Positions 1-9,402 of a stretch of 64,000 nucleotides of DNA are shown in pieces. The DNA comes from an uncultured cyanobacterium (lineage in GTDB: Bacteria; Cyanobacteriota; Cyanobacteriia; Cyanobacteriales; CAWUOF01). The stretch lies in NCBI GenBank assembly GCA_963744145.1, contig CAVUSO010000001.1:1376001-1440000 (forward strand). The letters are read 5' to 3'. Each line of letters opens with the position of its first letter. Positions within the stretch are counted from its first letter, which is position 1. The translations under genes and the position numbers were made by a program. Under the pieces are notes generated by a model that was not told the DNA's origin, made no database searches, and saw only the letters and a list, made by a program, of their open reading frames with translations.

Positions 1-1
1 T

Positions 2-397
2 ACAGCAGATACATCTTTAGCAGAACGAGAGAATTTGCGGAGTCAATTTGAAAAGGGAGAATTGCAAGGTTTAGTAGCAATTCGCTGTTTAGATGAAGGT
101 GTGGATATTCCAGCAATTCAAACAGCAATAATTTTAGCAAGTAGTGGTAATCCACGTCAATTTATTCAACGACGGGGGAGAATTTTACGTCCTTATCCTG
201 GGAAAGAACGAGCTACTTTATTTGATATGATTGTTCTACCCCCAGATTTGGGAAGAGATACCTTAGAAGTAGAGCGCAATTTACTCCGAAAAGAGTTGAA
301 ACGTTTTTTGGAATTTGCTGATTTAGCTGATAATGCTGGTGAAGCTAGGTTAAAATTGCTCAACGTCCAAAAACGCTACGGGTTATTAGATGTTTGA
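2..397 (+). CDS. C-terminal part of an SF2 (DEAD/DEAH-type) helicase, resembling the 'DNA phosphorothioation system restriction enzyme' family; 5'-truncated by the window edge
   Basis: Frame is open from position 2. Helicase C-terminal motifs CLDEGVDIP (motif V) and QFIQRRGRILR (motif VI). Lies next to a DndD-like ATPase and a dnd-associated gene. Confidence 0.8.
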   Translation, partial: TADTSLAERENLRSQFEKGELQGLVAIRCLDEGVDIPAIQTAIILASSGNPRQFIQRRGRILRPYPGKERATLFDMIVLPPDLGRDTLEVERNLLRKELKRFLEFADLADNAGEARLKLLNVQKRYGLLDV

Positions 398-528
398 GCG
401 ATCGGCTCATCTGGTTTTCAGTTAGTCTTAATTTTCCGGTAGTAAAAAATTGTAAATATTTCTAGTAAATTAGGGAGTTAATCTGCTATTCTAGAGGAAG
501 ATGGAATAGTTACGAACATATTGCCAGT

Positions 529-702
529 ATGGATCAGGAATCAAGTATTCAAGATATTCAAGAACCAATTACCAGCGCGACCGAACCTGTGCGAAATATT
601 ATTGAGCGGGTTTTGCAAGCGGAGAAAGATAAATTATATATGAAAATACCGCGAAATATCAATGATGATATTTTGAAAATTATTAAGGAAGAGATCAAAT
701 GA
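529..702 (+). CDS. Small hypothetical protein (57 aa), translationally coupled to the SMC-like ATPase
   Basis: Read by hand, below the ORF-track cutoff: ATG 529 to TGA 700-702, MDQESSIQDIQEPITSATEPVRNIIERVLQAEKDKLYMKIPRNINDDILKIIKEEIK. The stop overlaps the next start (ATGA 699-702). Confidence 0.75.
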   Translation: MDQESSIQDIQEPITSATEPVRNIIERVLQAEKDKLYMKIPRNINDDILKIIKEEIK

Positions 703-2771
703 AGCTAATTTCGATTCAATTTTTTAATTTTCGGGTATTTTATGAGAAAAGTCTAGAGGTAGTTTTAGCTTGTAGCGATCGCAATACCACGATCATTCAT
801 GCTAATAATGGTACGGGAAAAACTACCTTAATGAATGGATTTACCTGGGTACTATATGAAAAATTTAGTGCGGGTTTTGCTGTTCCAGAGCAATTGGTGA
901 ATAAACGAGCAATTACGGAAATCGAAATCGGTAAATCAGTCCAATTCTGGGTAGCAATAGTATTTGAACATGATGGGAAACGTTACCAAGCTAAACGGGT
1001 ATGTCGTGCTTATAAAAATGAACATAATGTTTCCTACAGTAAAAGCGAATTATATATGATGATCGCTGGAGATGAAGGACGTTGGTTACCACCACCACCG
1101 ACTCAACAACCAGAAGATATTATTGGTCGTATTTTACCAGAAAGTTTACATCAATATTTCTTTTTTGATGGAGAGCGGATTGAACAAATTGTGAGACAAG
1201 ATAAGAAAGACGAAATCTCAGAAGCAACGAAGAAATTATTAGGTTTAGAAGTCTTAGAACGGGCAATACGTCATTTAGGAGAAGCGAAAAAATCTCTAGA
1301 GATTGATTTAAGAGGAATTGGAAATGCAGAAACTAAAAAATTACTGAAAGATAAGGATAAAAAAGAGCAAGAAAGAGACCAATTAGTTCAGCGTCAAGGA
1401 GAAATTAGTCAGGAATTAGAAAGTCAAAGTGAATTAAAGAAAACTCTGAGCGATCGATTTTTAGAAATCGGGGGTGCTACAGATTGGCAAAAAATGCGAA
1501 ATCAATTAGAAATCCAAAAGGAATCCCAGCGAGAACAATTAAAACAAACTAAAATTGCGTTAAGACGTAATATTTCCACCAGAAGCTATTTAGTTTTTTT
1601 GACTGATATTGGGAGCGAATATAAAGCGATCGTCGATCAATTACGAGCTAAAGGTGAATTTCCGGTCGGGATCAATCGTCAATTTGTTGAAGAATTATTA
1701 AATCGAGGGAGTTGTATCTGTGGAGCAGATTTAAAACTGGGTACTCACTCCCATGATCTAGTGAAATCCTGGATTGATAAAGCTGGGATTGCAGATATTG
1801 AAGAAACAGCGATTCGGATCAGTACACAAGTCAATGAACTTGACAAACAAATACCAGAATTTTGGGAAGAAATTGACCAACAGCAACTACAGGTTAATCA
1901 ATTACGGACAGAACTTACCCAAACGGAAAATCAACTAGATGACATTAAAAGTAAATTGCGAACCTATCCAGATGAAGATATTCAGCAGTTACAAATGAGA
2001 ATGGATGAGATTGAGAATAAAATTAGCAGTTTAAATCGAGAAATGGGGTCAAATCAGCAACAAATTGATAATTTGCAAATCGAAATTAATCAGTTGAGTA
2101 AGGAAATTGACAAGCAAAAAATGAATGAGGTTAGACAAGCTGTAGCTCAAAGACGAATTGCTGCAACTCAGGACGCGATCGGACGTTTAAATGAGGTAAA
2201 AAAACGTCTAGATCACCAGTTTCGATTGCAATTGGAAAAGAGATTACAGGAATTATTTAGTGAAATTTCCTTTACTCCTTATTTACCGAAGCTAAATGAT
2301 CGATATGAATTAACTTTAGTGGAAAATACCGCTGGAATTGAAGCACCAGTTGCAGCTTCAACTGGAGAAAATCAGATTCTCAGTTTATCTTTTATTGGTG
2401 GAATTATCGCAGCAGTGCGTGAATGGAGTCAAAAAACTACCTTAATGGGTCCAGATAGCAGCACTTTTCCGATTGTGATGGATTCTTCTTTTGGAAGTTT
2501 AGATGAAATATATCGAAGACAAATTGCCAAAACTCTTCCCCAATTAGCTAATCAGTTGGTGGTTTTAGTGACTAAAACTCAATGGAGGGGAGAGGTTCAA
2601 GAAGAAATGAAAGAATGTATGGGAAAAGAATATGTTCTAGTTTACAGTTCTCCGAAACCAGATTGTCAAGAAGATTCCATTGAATTAGGAGGTGAACGTT
2701 ATCCTTTAGTTAGACATAGTCCTCATGAATTTGAGTTTACAGAAATTATTGAGGTAAAACATAATACCTAG
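699..2771 (+). CDS. SMC/Rad50-like ABC ATPase, DndD-like, with a CxC motif in the coiled coil
   Basis: Walker A (ANNGTGKTT), YFFFDGE, long coiled coil with central SCICG, signature STGENQ, Walker B/D-loop IVMDSSFGSLD. Confidence 0.85.
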   Translation: MKLISIQFFNFRVFYEKSLEVVLACSDRNTTIIHANNGTGKTTLMNGFTWVLYEKFSAGFAVPEQLVNKRAITEIEIGKSVQFWVAIVFEHDGKRYQAKRVCRAYKNEHNVSYSKSELYMMIAGDEGRWLPPPPTQQPEDIIGRILPESLHQYFFFDGERIEQIVRQDKKDEISEATKKLLGLEVLERAIRHLGEAKKSLEIDLRGIGNAETKKLLKDKDKKEQERDQLVQRQGEISQELESQSELKKTLSDRFLEIGGATDWQKMRNQLEIQKESQREQLKQTKIALRRNISTRSYLVFLTDIGSEYKAIVDQLRAKGEFPVGINRQFVEELLNRGSCICGADLKLGTHSHDLVKSWIDKAGIADIEETAIRISTQVNELDKQIPEFWEEIDQQQLQVNQLRTELTQTENQLDDIKSKLRTYPDEDIQQLQMRMDEIENKISSLNREMGSNQQQIDNLQIEINQLSKEIDKQKMNEVRQAVAQRRIAATQDAIGRLNEVKKRLDHQFRLQLEKRLQELFSEISFTPYLPKLNDRYELTLVENTAGIEAPVAASTGENQILSLSFIGGIIAAVREWSQKTTLMGPDSSTFPIVMDSSFGSLDEIYRRQIAKTLPQLANQLVVLVTKTQWRGEVQEEMKECMGKEYVLVYSSPKPDCQEDSIELGGERYPLVRHSPHEFEFTEIIEVKHNT

Positions 2772-2802
2772 CACTGTGATAAAATTAGGATAGGAATTGT
2801 GA

Positions 2803-2937
2803 CAATACGGTTCGGTTAATTGTAGGGGTGAAGCATGTTTAGCGACAATTGAACGCTCAAACGAGTGATATTATCCCCGAATGCTTCACCCTTCTTCCGT
2901 CGATATCTCCCAAAATATCCTTAAACGAACTGTATTG
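2803..2937 (+). mobile_element. 135-bp MITE (family A, Nezha-like/IS4-type ends) with 10-bp target-site duplication
   Basis: Terminal inverted repeats CAATACGGTTCGGTTAA / TTAAACGAACTGTATTG. Direct repeat GGAATTGTGA at 2793-2802 and 2938-2947. Internal GTAGGGGTGAAGCAT...ATGCTTCACCC hairpin. Confidence 0.9.
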
Positions 2938-2958
2938 GGAATTGTGAGAGGAAAAAAT

Positions 2959-3162
2959 ATGGCTAAGAAATCTACTCAGAAACCTAAAGGTTTTGGACAA
3001 GTTTCTGATCAGCAAAAATCCCACCAAAAAAGCAATTCAGAAATTGAGGAAACAAACCCAAATTTTTTGGTAAAGTTAATTGTGTCAATTTATCTGTTTG
3101 GAAAGGGGTTAATCGCGATCGCCCAAATTTATTTAGATAAAGTTTTTAAACGGGATAAATAA
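2959..3162 (+). CDS. Small hypothetical protein (67 aa) with a hydrophobic C-terminal segment
   Basis: The ORF-track start at 2881 lies inside the MITE. ATG 2959 is in frame and preceded by GAGAGG. Confidence 0.5.
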   Translation: MAKKSTQKPKGFGQVSDQQKSHQKSNSEIEETNPNFLVKLIVSIYLFGKGLIAIAQIYLDKVFKRDK

Positions 3163-3191
3163 CCAAAATAATTTTTTAAGGATTACCGATC

Positions 3192-3659
3192 ATGAGTGTC
3201 ATAAGAGTTAGAATTGCTAAAGATAAAGCCACATTAGTGAAATCACTGATTGAGTCAGATGAAACTAATGGTCCCTTTCAAACCTATGCTGATGCGATCG
3301 CATTTGCAGCATCCCTCGGTTCCAAGCGAAAAAAACGAGTACCTTTAGGGGAGACTACCAAAAAAGATCCATCCCCAATTGGACTGGAAATATTTGTGTC
3401 GCGCGGATATGATTTACTAATTAAATTATTGGCGATCGCGGAAACGAAAGATAAAAAAATTCTGTCTTCTCATGATGCAAAATCGGAAGCAGAACGCATT
3501 GAAATTTTTGAAGAATATGCTAATGGTGGATTAGAAATCTTACAAGAAGAATTACGGGGAGCAGTAGACTATTTAGATCGATTACTGCTAATTTTGATTG
3601 CGGAAAGGTTTAAACAAGAACCAAAATCTGGTGAATTTAATTTGAGTCGCTTTTTGTAA
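3192..3659 (+). CDS. DNA phosphorothioation-associated protein 4-like (dnd_assoc_4)
   Basis: Recognisable pattern R(V/I)RIAKDKA...GPFQTYADAIAFAASLG...IFEEYANGGLEILQ. Located after the DndD-like ATPase. Confidence 0.75.
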   Translation: MSVIRVRIAKDKATLVKSLIESDETNGPFQTYADAIAFAASLGSKRKKRVPLGETTKKDPSPIGLEIFVSRGYDLLIKLLAIAETKDKKILSSHDAKSEAERIEIFEEYANGGLEILQEELRGAVDYLDRLLLILIAERFKQEPKSGEFNLSRFL

Positions 3660-3854
3660 GCATGAAAAATTTTCCCAACAACCTAACTAAAATAATCTGC
3701 AAACCGAAACTTATTTTGAATAAGGAGAACCCGAGTTAAATATCGAAAAAGAGAACTCTTAAGAGGTTAATTCAGGAATAATTAACCTAATGCTCCTCAT
3801 AGATAAAAGAATAGTTTCAGAATGTTCTCTACTGCAATTGACAAAAAAACAATT

Positions 3855-5006
3855 ATGAATAAATATCCCATGATATTTTCTTTTTTTGCAGGCTGTGGTT
3901 TTCTCGATTTAGGATTTGAATTGTCTGGCTTTAATATCGCTTATGTCAATGAAATTTATGCCCCTTTTATCCAAGCATATCGTTACGCTAGACAATGCTT
4001 AAATTTACCATTACCTGAATATGGCTATCATGAATTAGATATCATAAAACTTACTGAAGGTCAAGGTACTTTACGTTTTTTTTCCGTACTTCAGGATGTT
4101 CGTAAAAATAACAATCTGGTTGGTTTTATCGGTGGACCACCTTGTCCTGATTTCTCAGTCGGTGGAAAAAATCGAGGTTCGGAAGGAGATAATGGTAAAC
4201 TTTCTGCTGCATATATTGAATTAATTTGCCAACAAAAACCAGACTTTTTCTTATTTGAAAATGTGAAAGGTTTGTGGAAAACAAAAAAACACCGTATTTT
4301 TTTTGAAGAGTTAAAATACCAGTTAATTCAAGCTGGATATCTGTTAGTAGAGCGGTTGATTAATGCCATTGAATATGGAGTTCCTCAAGACAGGGACAGA
4401 ATTATTTTAATTGGCTTTAAACAGGAGATAATTAAAAGTATGATTGGCGATCGCGACCAAAAATATTTTGATTTAGCTTTTCCTTGGGAAAGACATATTC
4501 TTTATTCTAAAGATGATGTTTTTGCCTATTCCTGGCCAATCACTAATGAATTTAAAGAGAATTCTATTTTACCTTACCCTGATGAAAATATTCCCAATGA
4601 ATTGACTATTGAACACTGGTTTCAAAATAATGATGTATTGAATCATCCAAATAGTGAACATTATTTTAAACCCCAGGCTGGTATGAAAAGATTCATGGTA
4701 GTTGAAGAAGGTGATATTTCCAGAAAATCCTTTAAGCGCTTACATAGATGGAGATATTCTCCCACTGCTTGTTATGGAAACAATGAAGTTCATTTACATC
4801 CCTATCAAGTTCGCCGACTTTCAGTTGCTGAAGCCCTGGCTATTCAATCTTTACCAAAAAACTTTGTCCTGCCCGCCAATATGACTTTAACTAATATGTT
4901 TAAGACGATCGGTAATGGTGTTCCATATTTAGCATCAAAAGCTATTGCTCAAACTATTATTGATTTCTTGGAAAAGGTTCAACTTGTCATCTCATCCAAA
5001 TGTTGA
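3855..5006 (+). CDS. DNA (cytosine-5)-methyltransferase, possibly Cfr10I/RCCGGY-type
   Basis: Motif I FAGCG, motif IV GGPPCPDFS, motif VI FENVKG, motif VIII QDRDR, motif X IGNGVP. The specificity guess is recalled from the YSPTxxYGNNEVHLHP segment and is not verified. Alternative start at 3822. Confidence 0.9.
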   Translation: MNKYPMIFSFFAGCGFLDLGFELSGFNIAYVNEIYAPFIQAYRYARQCLNLPLPEYGYHELDIIKLTEGQGTLRFFSVLQDVRKNNNLVGFIGGPPCPDFSVGGKNRGSEGDNGKLSAAYIELICQQKPDFFLFENVKGLWKTKKHRIFFEELKYQLIQAGYLLVERLINAIEYGVPQDRDRIILIGFKQEIIKSMIGDRDQKYFDLAFPWERHILYSKDDVFAYSWPITNEFKENSILPYPDENIPNELTIEHWFQNNDVLNHPNSEHYFKPQAGMKRFMVVEEGDISRKSFKRLHRWRYSPTACYGNNEVHLHPYQVRRLSVAEALAIQSLPKNFVLPANMTLTNMFKTIGNGVPYLASKAIAQTIIDFLEKVQLVISSKC

Positions 5007-5061
5007 GAAAACGCGATCGGGTAACAAACCTACTTAGTTAGCGCCTGGTTAGAAATATTAG

Positions 5062-5109
5062 TTGACAGAACATAGATTTTCCAGTATGATTTTTTGAGAA
5101 TGATTCTTA
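5062..5109 (+). promoter_or_regulatory. sigma70-type promoter with a Zur/Fur-family operator immediately downstream
   Basis: TTGACA (5062-5067), 17-nt spacer, TATGAT (5085-5090). Near-palindrome TGAGAATGATTCTTA at 5095-5109 resembles the cyanobacterial Zur 7-1-7 box TGATAATNATTATCA. Confidence 0.75.
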
Positions 5110-5121
5110 TTATATATTGTT

Positions 5122-5871
5122 ATGTTACAGGTTCACCACCTCTCTGTCAATTACCGAAGTGTGAGCGCACTAGAAGATATCACCTTCAATCTGCCAGCGG
5201 GAACCTTAGTAGGACTGCTGGGGCCAAATGGGGCGGGGAAAAGTACACTCATTAAAGCCTTGTTGGGACTGATTCCCGTACAAGAGGGGGAGGTATTGTA
5301 TCGAAATGCACCTCTAGTGCAACAGCGTCGGCAAGTAGCATACCTGCCCCAGCGATCGCAAATTGACTGGGACTATCCAACCACGGTCTGGAATGTAGTG
5401 ATGTTGGCTCGAACCGTTCATGCGGGATGGTTTCGTTCCCCCAGTCGGCAGTCGGTAGAAATTGTGAAAGAATCCTTGCAGCGAGTTGAACTACTCCATT
5501 TACGCGATCGCCCGATCGGAGCTTTGTCTGGCGGTCAGCAACAGCGGGTGTTTCTCGCCAGAGCGATCGCTCAACAAGCCGACTTACTGTTGCTTGATGA
5601 ACCTCTAGCAGCCGTAGATAAAAAGACAGAGGCACTTATTTTTCAAATTTACGATGAGCTAAAAGCTGAAGGGAAAACATTATTAATCAGTTGTCACGAA
5701 TGGGGCGGCATCTTGAACCACTACGACCAACTATTACTGCTGAATCAGCGGTTAATTGCTCAAGGTGTACCGCAGGTGGTGATGACCCCTGGCAATATTG
5801 AACGGGCTTATGGCATTTCGCCTCAACCCAGATATTTTCACGATGCTCTCGAAACTACCTTCTTTTGTTAA
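5122..5871 (+). CDS. Zn/Mn ABC transporter ATP-binding subunit (ZnuC/MntA-like)
   Basis: GPNGAGKST, YLPQRSQIDWDYP, LSGGQQQR, LLLDEP. Confidence 0.92.
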   Translation: MLQVHHLSVNYRSVSALEDITFNLPAGTLVGLLGPNGAGKSTLIKALLGLIPVQEGEVLYRNAPLVQQRRQVAYLPQRSQIDWDYPTTVWNVVMLARTVHAGWFRSPSRQSVEIVKESLQRVELLHLRDRPIGALSGGQQQRVFLARAIAQQADLLLLDEPLAAVDKKTEALIFQIYDELKAEGKTLLISCHEWGGILNHYDQLLLLNQRLIAQGVPQVVMTPGNIERAYGISPQPRYFHDALETTFFC

Positions 5872-5878
5872 ACCACTT

Positions 5879-6682
5879 ATGCTGGAATGGTTGCTAGAAC
5901 CCCTTAGCTTTGAGTTTATGCGAAATGCCCTGATGGTGGGTATTTTGGTGGGGATCTTATGTCCGATTGTCGGTACTTACCTGCTAGTGCAGCGGATGGC
6001 CCTCTTGGGCGATGTGATGGCACATTCAGTGTTACCAGGTTTGGCGATCGCCTTTTTTTTGCGGATTAATATTCTGATTGGCGCATTTGTTTCAGGGATA
6101 ATCAGCGCTTTTTTAATTGCCTGGATTCGCTCTCAAACCCGCATCAAAGTAGATGCGGCGATGGCATTGATATTTACGAGCTTTTTTGCCCTTGGTATTC
6201 TCCTCATTACTCTGCTCCGAAACAAGCTGGATCTCGATAGCTTTCTGTTTGGCGATATTTTAAGTGTCACTCAGGACGATCTAGCCAGAACCGCCATGAT
6301 TACAATGGTGGTTTTAGTTTTGATTCGCTTGTTTTATAAAGAGTTGTTCTTTTATACTTTCGATCGCTTGGGGGCACAGGCGATCGGCTTACCAATAAAT
6401 ACCATTTATTTTGGCTTGATGGCAGCCGTCACCCTGACGATTATTGCCAGTATGCAAACCGTCGGTGTGGTTCTGGTGGTAGCATTGCTGGTCGGTCCAG
6501 CCTCTACTGCCTACTTACTGATCAAAGAATTGCATCAGATGATGGGATTGGGCGCACTGTTGGGCGTTGTAGCCAGCATCACGGGTATGTATACTAGCTA
6601 TTACTTGAATGTCCCATCTGGTCCCTGCATCGTTTTAATCAGCTTCGGGTTATTTGTGCTAGCAGTGCTGTTTAGCCAGTGA
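5879..6682 (+). CDS. Zn/Mn ABC transporter permease (ABC-3 family)
   Basis: ALLGDVMAHSVLPG, FLFGDIL, multiple TM segments. ATG 5879 preferred over the overlapping TTG at 5798. Confidence 0.92.
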   Translation: MLEWLLEPLSFEFMRNALMVGILVGILCPIVGTYLLVQRMALLGDVMAHSVLPGLAIAFFLRINILIGAFVSGIISAFLIAWIRSQTRIKVDAAMALIFTSFFALGILLITLLRNKLDLDSFLFGDILSVTQDDLARTAMITMVVLVLIRLFYKELFFYTFDRLGAQAIGLPINTIYFGLMAAVTLTIIASMQTVGVVLVVALLVGPASTAYLLIKELHQMMGLGALLGVVASITGMYTSYYLNVPSGPCIVLISFGLFVLAVLFSQ

Positions 6683-6812
6683 TCAGCCCACATCTCAATC
6701 AACGCTTCATGAGCTAAGTCAGCAATTTCTGTTGGCCAGAATATTCATGTCAAACACAATCAACCCTTTCCGTCCAACGGTTACCAGGGGATGGCCAATC
6801 TAAAAACTTTTT

Positions 6813-6856
6813 TGAGAATGATTATCTTTTTCATATTAGAATTATAATCATTATCA
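6813..6856 (+). promoter_or_regulatory. Two tandem Zur-like boxes upstream of the metal-binding lipoprotein gene
   Basis: TGAGAATGATTATCT (6813-6827, 2 mismatches) and TTATAATCATTATCA (6842-6856, 1 mismatch) against TGATAATNATTATCA. Confidence 0.7.
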
Positions 6857-6896
6857 TAATGATGATCTTGAATCCTGTGATGTACAGAGGTCATTT

Positions 6897-7898
6897 ATGC
6901 CCAAAAGCTTCCCCGTGAAAACTCATCACCTTTGGTGTCCTGTTCTTTTAGTCCTGTTGGTAGAACTGGTTGGATGTAGTAATAAGCCTCAGTCAGACAA
7001 TAACAAACCAAAAGTCGTGGCAACTTCTACCGTTGTTTGCGATGTAGCCAAACAAATTGCTCAGGATACAGTTGATCTAAAATGCTTAATTGAGCCAGGA
7101 TCAGACCCTCATGAATATCAGCCTAAGCCCGGAGACAGCGTGGCGATCGAGCAAGCCAATCTAATTCTCTATGCTGGCTACAATTTTGAACCAGGTTTAA
7201 TTAAGCTGATTCAAGCTACTTCTAATCCCGCTCCCAAGATTGCTGTAGATGAGGTAGCAGTTCCCACACCGCAACAGTTTGAGGATGATGGTAAGAGTGT
7301 TACGGACCCTCATGTTTTTCATAATGCGTTAAACGGTGTCCGGATTGTAGAGACAGTGAGAGATCGTCTCAAAACTCTAGCCCCTAGCAATACAGATCAA
7401 TACACCAAAAATGCTCAAAAAATCACCAGTGAACTGACGCAAATCCATGAGTGGATTAAAACTCAAATCAGCACAATCCCTACTCATCAACGCAAGTTAG
7501 TTACAACCCATGATGCCTTTGGTTATTACTCAAAAGCTTATGGAATTCCTCTAGCTGGGGCATTACAGGGAGTAAGCTCAGAAGAAGCACCCACGGCCAA
7601 GCGAGTGGCAGAACTGGTAAAAAGTATTAAGGAATCAGGTGTCCCCACGATTTTTGCAGAAACAACGATTAATCCGAAATTGATTCAGCAAGTAGCTACA
7701 GAAGCTCATGTCAAAGTCTCCGATCGAGAACTATTTGCCGATGGACTAGGGGAACAGGGTACAGTCGGTGACAGCTATCAGAAACTTTTGATTGCCAATA
7801 CGCGCACGATTACAGAAGGCTTGGGAGGTAACTACAAGGATTTCCAAACAAATTCTGCATTGGTGCAGCCTGCTCACAGCCCATCCCCTACGAAATAA
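6897..7898 (+). CDS. Zn/Mn ABC transporter substrate-binding lipoprotein (ZnuA/TroA family)
   Basis: Lipobox LVGC, DPHEY, DPHVF, TTHDAFGY. Confidence 0.92.
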   Translation: MPKSFPVKTHHLWCPVLLVLLVELVGCSNKPQSDNNKPKVVATSTVVCDVAKQIAQDTVDLKCLIEPGSDPHEYQPKPGDSVAIEQANLILYAGYNFEPGLIKLIQATSNPAPKIAVDEVAVPTPQQFEDDGKSVTDPHVFHNALNGVRIVETVRDRLKTLAPSNTDQYTKNAQKITSELTQIHEWIKTQISTIPTHQRKLVTTHDAFGYYSKAYGIPLAGALQGVSSEEAPTAKRVAELVKSIKESGVPTIFAETTINPKLIQQVATEAHVKVSDRELFADGLGEQGTVGDSYQKLLIANTRTITEGLGGNYKDFQTNSALVQPAHSPSPTK

Positions 7899-7907
7899 TT
7901 CTTCATT

Positions 7908-7947
7908 CTCCCCCTTCCCTGGTAGGGAAGGGGGTTGGGGGGTTAGG
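7908..7947. repeat. GC-rich 40-bp dispersed hairpin repeat (REP-like), possible terminator
   Basis: CCCCCTTCCCT-GGT-AGGGAAGGGGG hairpin plus TTGGGGGGTTAGG. Near-identical reverse copy at 20890-20929 and a related copy at 21121-21159. Confidence 0.75.
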
Positions 7948-8016
7948 TTTCCCATCAACCTCGAAAAAAAACCTATAATCTAGTAAAGATTCTCAATTTT
8001 TCCTGTAGCCCATCCT

Positions 8017-9381
8017 ATGACCACATCCACCCGCCGTTATCATATTATCACCTTTGGCTGCCAAATGAACAAAGCCGATTCGGAACGAATGGCAGGTATT
8101 CTGGAGGATATGGGTTTTCAGTGGTCAGAAGACCCGAATCAAGCTGATCTAATTCTTTGTAACACTTGCTCAATTCGCGATAATGCAGAACATAAGGTTT
8201 ATTCCTATCTAGGTAGACAGGTCGATCGCAAACGTCAAAAACCTGATCTCACTTTAATTATTGCTGGTTGTGTCGCGCAACAGGAAGGAGAATCTTTACT
8301 CAGACGAGTACCCGAATTAGACTTAGTAATGGGACCCCAATATGCTAATCGTCTCGGAGATTTACTTGAACAAGTATTTGCAGGTAATCAGGTAGTCGCC
8401 ACAGAACCTGCTCATATTATGGAAGATATCACTAAACCGCGTCGTGATAGTACGGTGACAGCATGGGTAAATGTAATTTATGGTTGTAATGAGCGTTGTA
8501 CCTATTGCGTAGTTCCTAATGTACGTGGGATTGAACAATCTCGTAATCCAGATGCTATTCGCGCTGAAATGGTAGAATTAGGGCGTCAAGGTTATAAAGA
8601 AATTACTCTCCTTGGTCAAAATATTGATGCTTATGGACGAGATTTACCAGGGATTACAGAGCATGGACGACATTTGCATACCTTGACAGATTTACTTTAT
8701 TATGTTAGCGATGTACCAGGAATTGAGCGGATTCGCTTTGCTACCAGTCATCCTCGTTACTTTACCGATCGCTTAATTCGTGCTTGTGCAGAATTACCAA
8801 AGGTATGTGAACATTTCCATATTCCTTTTCAGTCAGGTGATAATGATATTCTCAAAGCAATGGCACGGGGATATACTCAAGAAAAATATCGACGCATTAT
8901 TAATACCATTCGCGATTATATCCCCGATGCAGCGATTAGTGCTGATGCGATCGTTGGTTTTCCCGGAGAAACTGAAGCACAATTTGAAAAAACTTTGATG
9001 TTGGTAGATGAGATTGAATTTGATTTATTAAATACAGCAGCTTATTCTCCTCGTCCAAATACACCAGCAGCATTATGGGGAAATCAAATTAGTGAAGAAG
9101 TTAAAGCCGATCGTCTGCAAAGATTAAATCATTTAGTGGGAATGAAAGCTCTATCGCGATCGCAACGTTATCAAGGTAGGATTGAAGAAGTATTAGTCGA
9201 AGACTCCAATCAAAAAGACTCCACCCAAGTCATGGGACGTACTCGTGGTAATCGATTAACTTTTTTTAAAGGAGATATTGAGCAATTAAGGGGAAAAGTT
9301 GTACCTGTAAAAATTACCGCAATTCGTCCTTTTAGTTTAACTGGCGAAATCGTACTCACTCGTGATATGGTATCCACCTAA
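8017..9381 (+). CDS. miaB: tRNA-2-methylthio-N6-isopentenyladenosine synthase MiaB
   Basis: TFGCQMN, NTCSIR, GCVAQ, radical [12 protein letters not shown]-terminal TRAM domain. Confidence 0.96.
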   Translation: MTTSTRRYHIITFGCQMNKADSERMAGILEDMGFQWSEDPNQADLILCNTCSIRDNAEHKVYSYLGRQVDRKRQKPDLTLIIAGCVAQQEGESLLRRVPELDLVMGPQYANRLGDLLEQVFAGNQVVATEPAHIMEDITKPRRDSTVTAWVNVIYGCNERCTYCVVPNVRGIEQSRNPDAIRAEMVELGRQGYKEITLLGQNIDAYGRDLPGITEHGRHLHTLTDLLYYVSDVPGIERIRFATSHPRYFTDRLIRACAELPKVCEHFHIPFQSGDNDILKAMARGYTQEKYRRIINTIRDYIPDAAISADAIVGFPGETEAQFEKTLMLVDEIEFDLLNTAAYSPRPNTPAALWGNQISEEVKADRLQRLNHLVGMKALSRSQRYQGRIEEVLVEDSNQKDSTQVMGRTRGNRLTFFKGDIEQLRGKVVPVKITAIRPFSLTGEIVLTRDMVST

Positions 9382-9402
9382 AGAGTGTTAGTGGGGATAA
9401 AG

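Noticed and set aside
699..2771. Calling this gene dndD outright
   Set aside because: Similar architecture, but no dndC/dndE neighbours in view. It may be a paralogous clade.
2881..2958. N-terminal extension of the 93-aa ORF
   Set aside because: Encoded mostly by the MITE and its target duplication. The RBS-supported start is 2959.
7746..7983. Two short ORFs over the GC-rich hairpin
   Set aside because: They overlap the binding-protein 3' end and the repeat, and show no coding signature.
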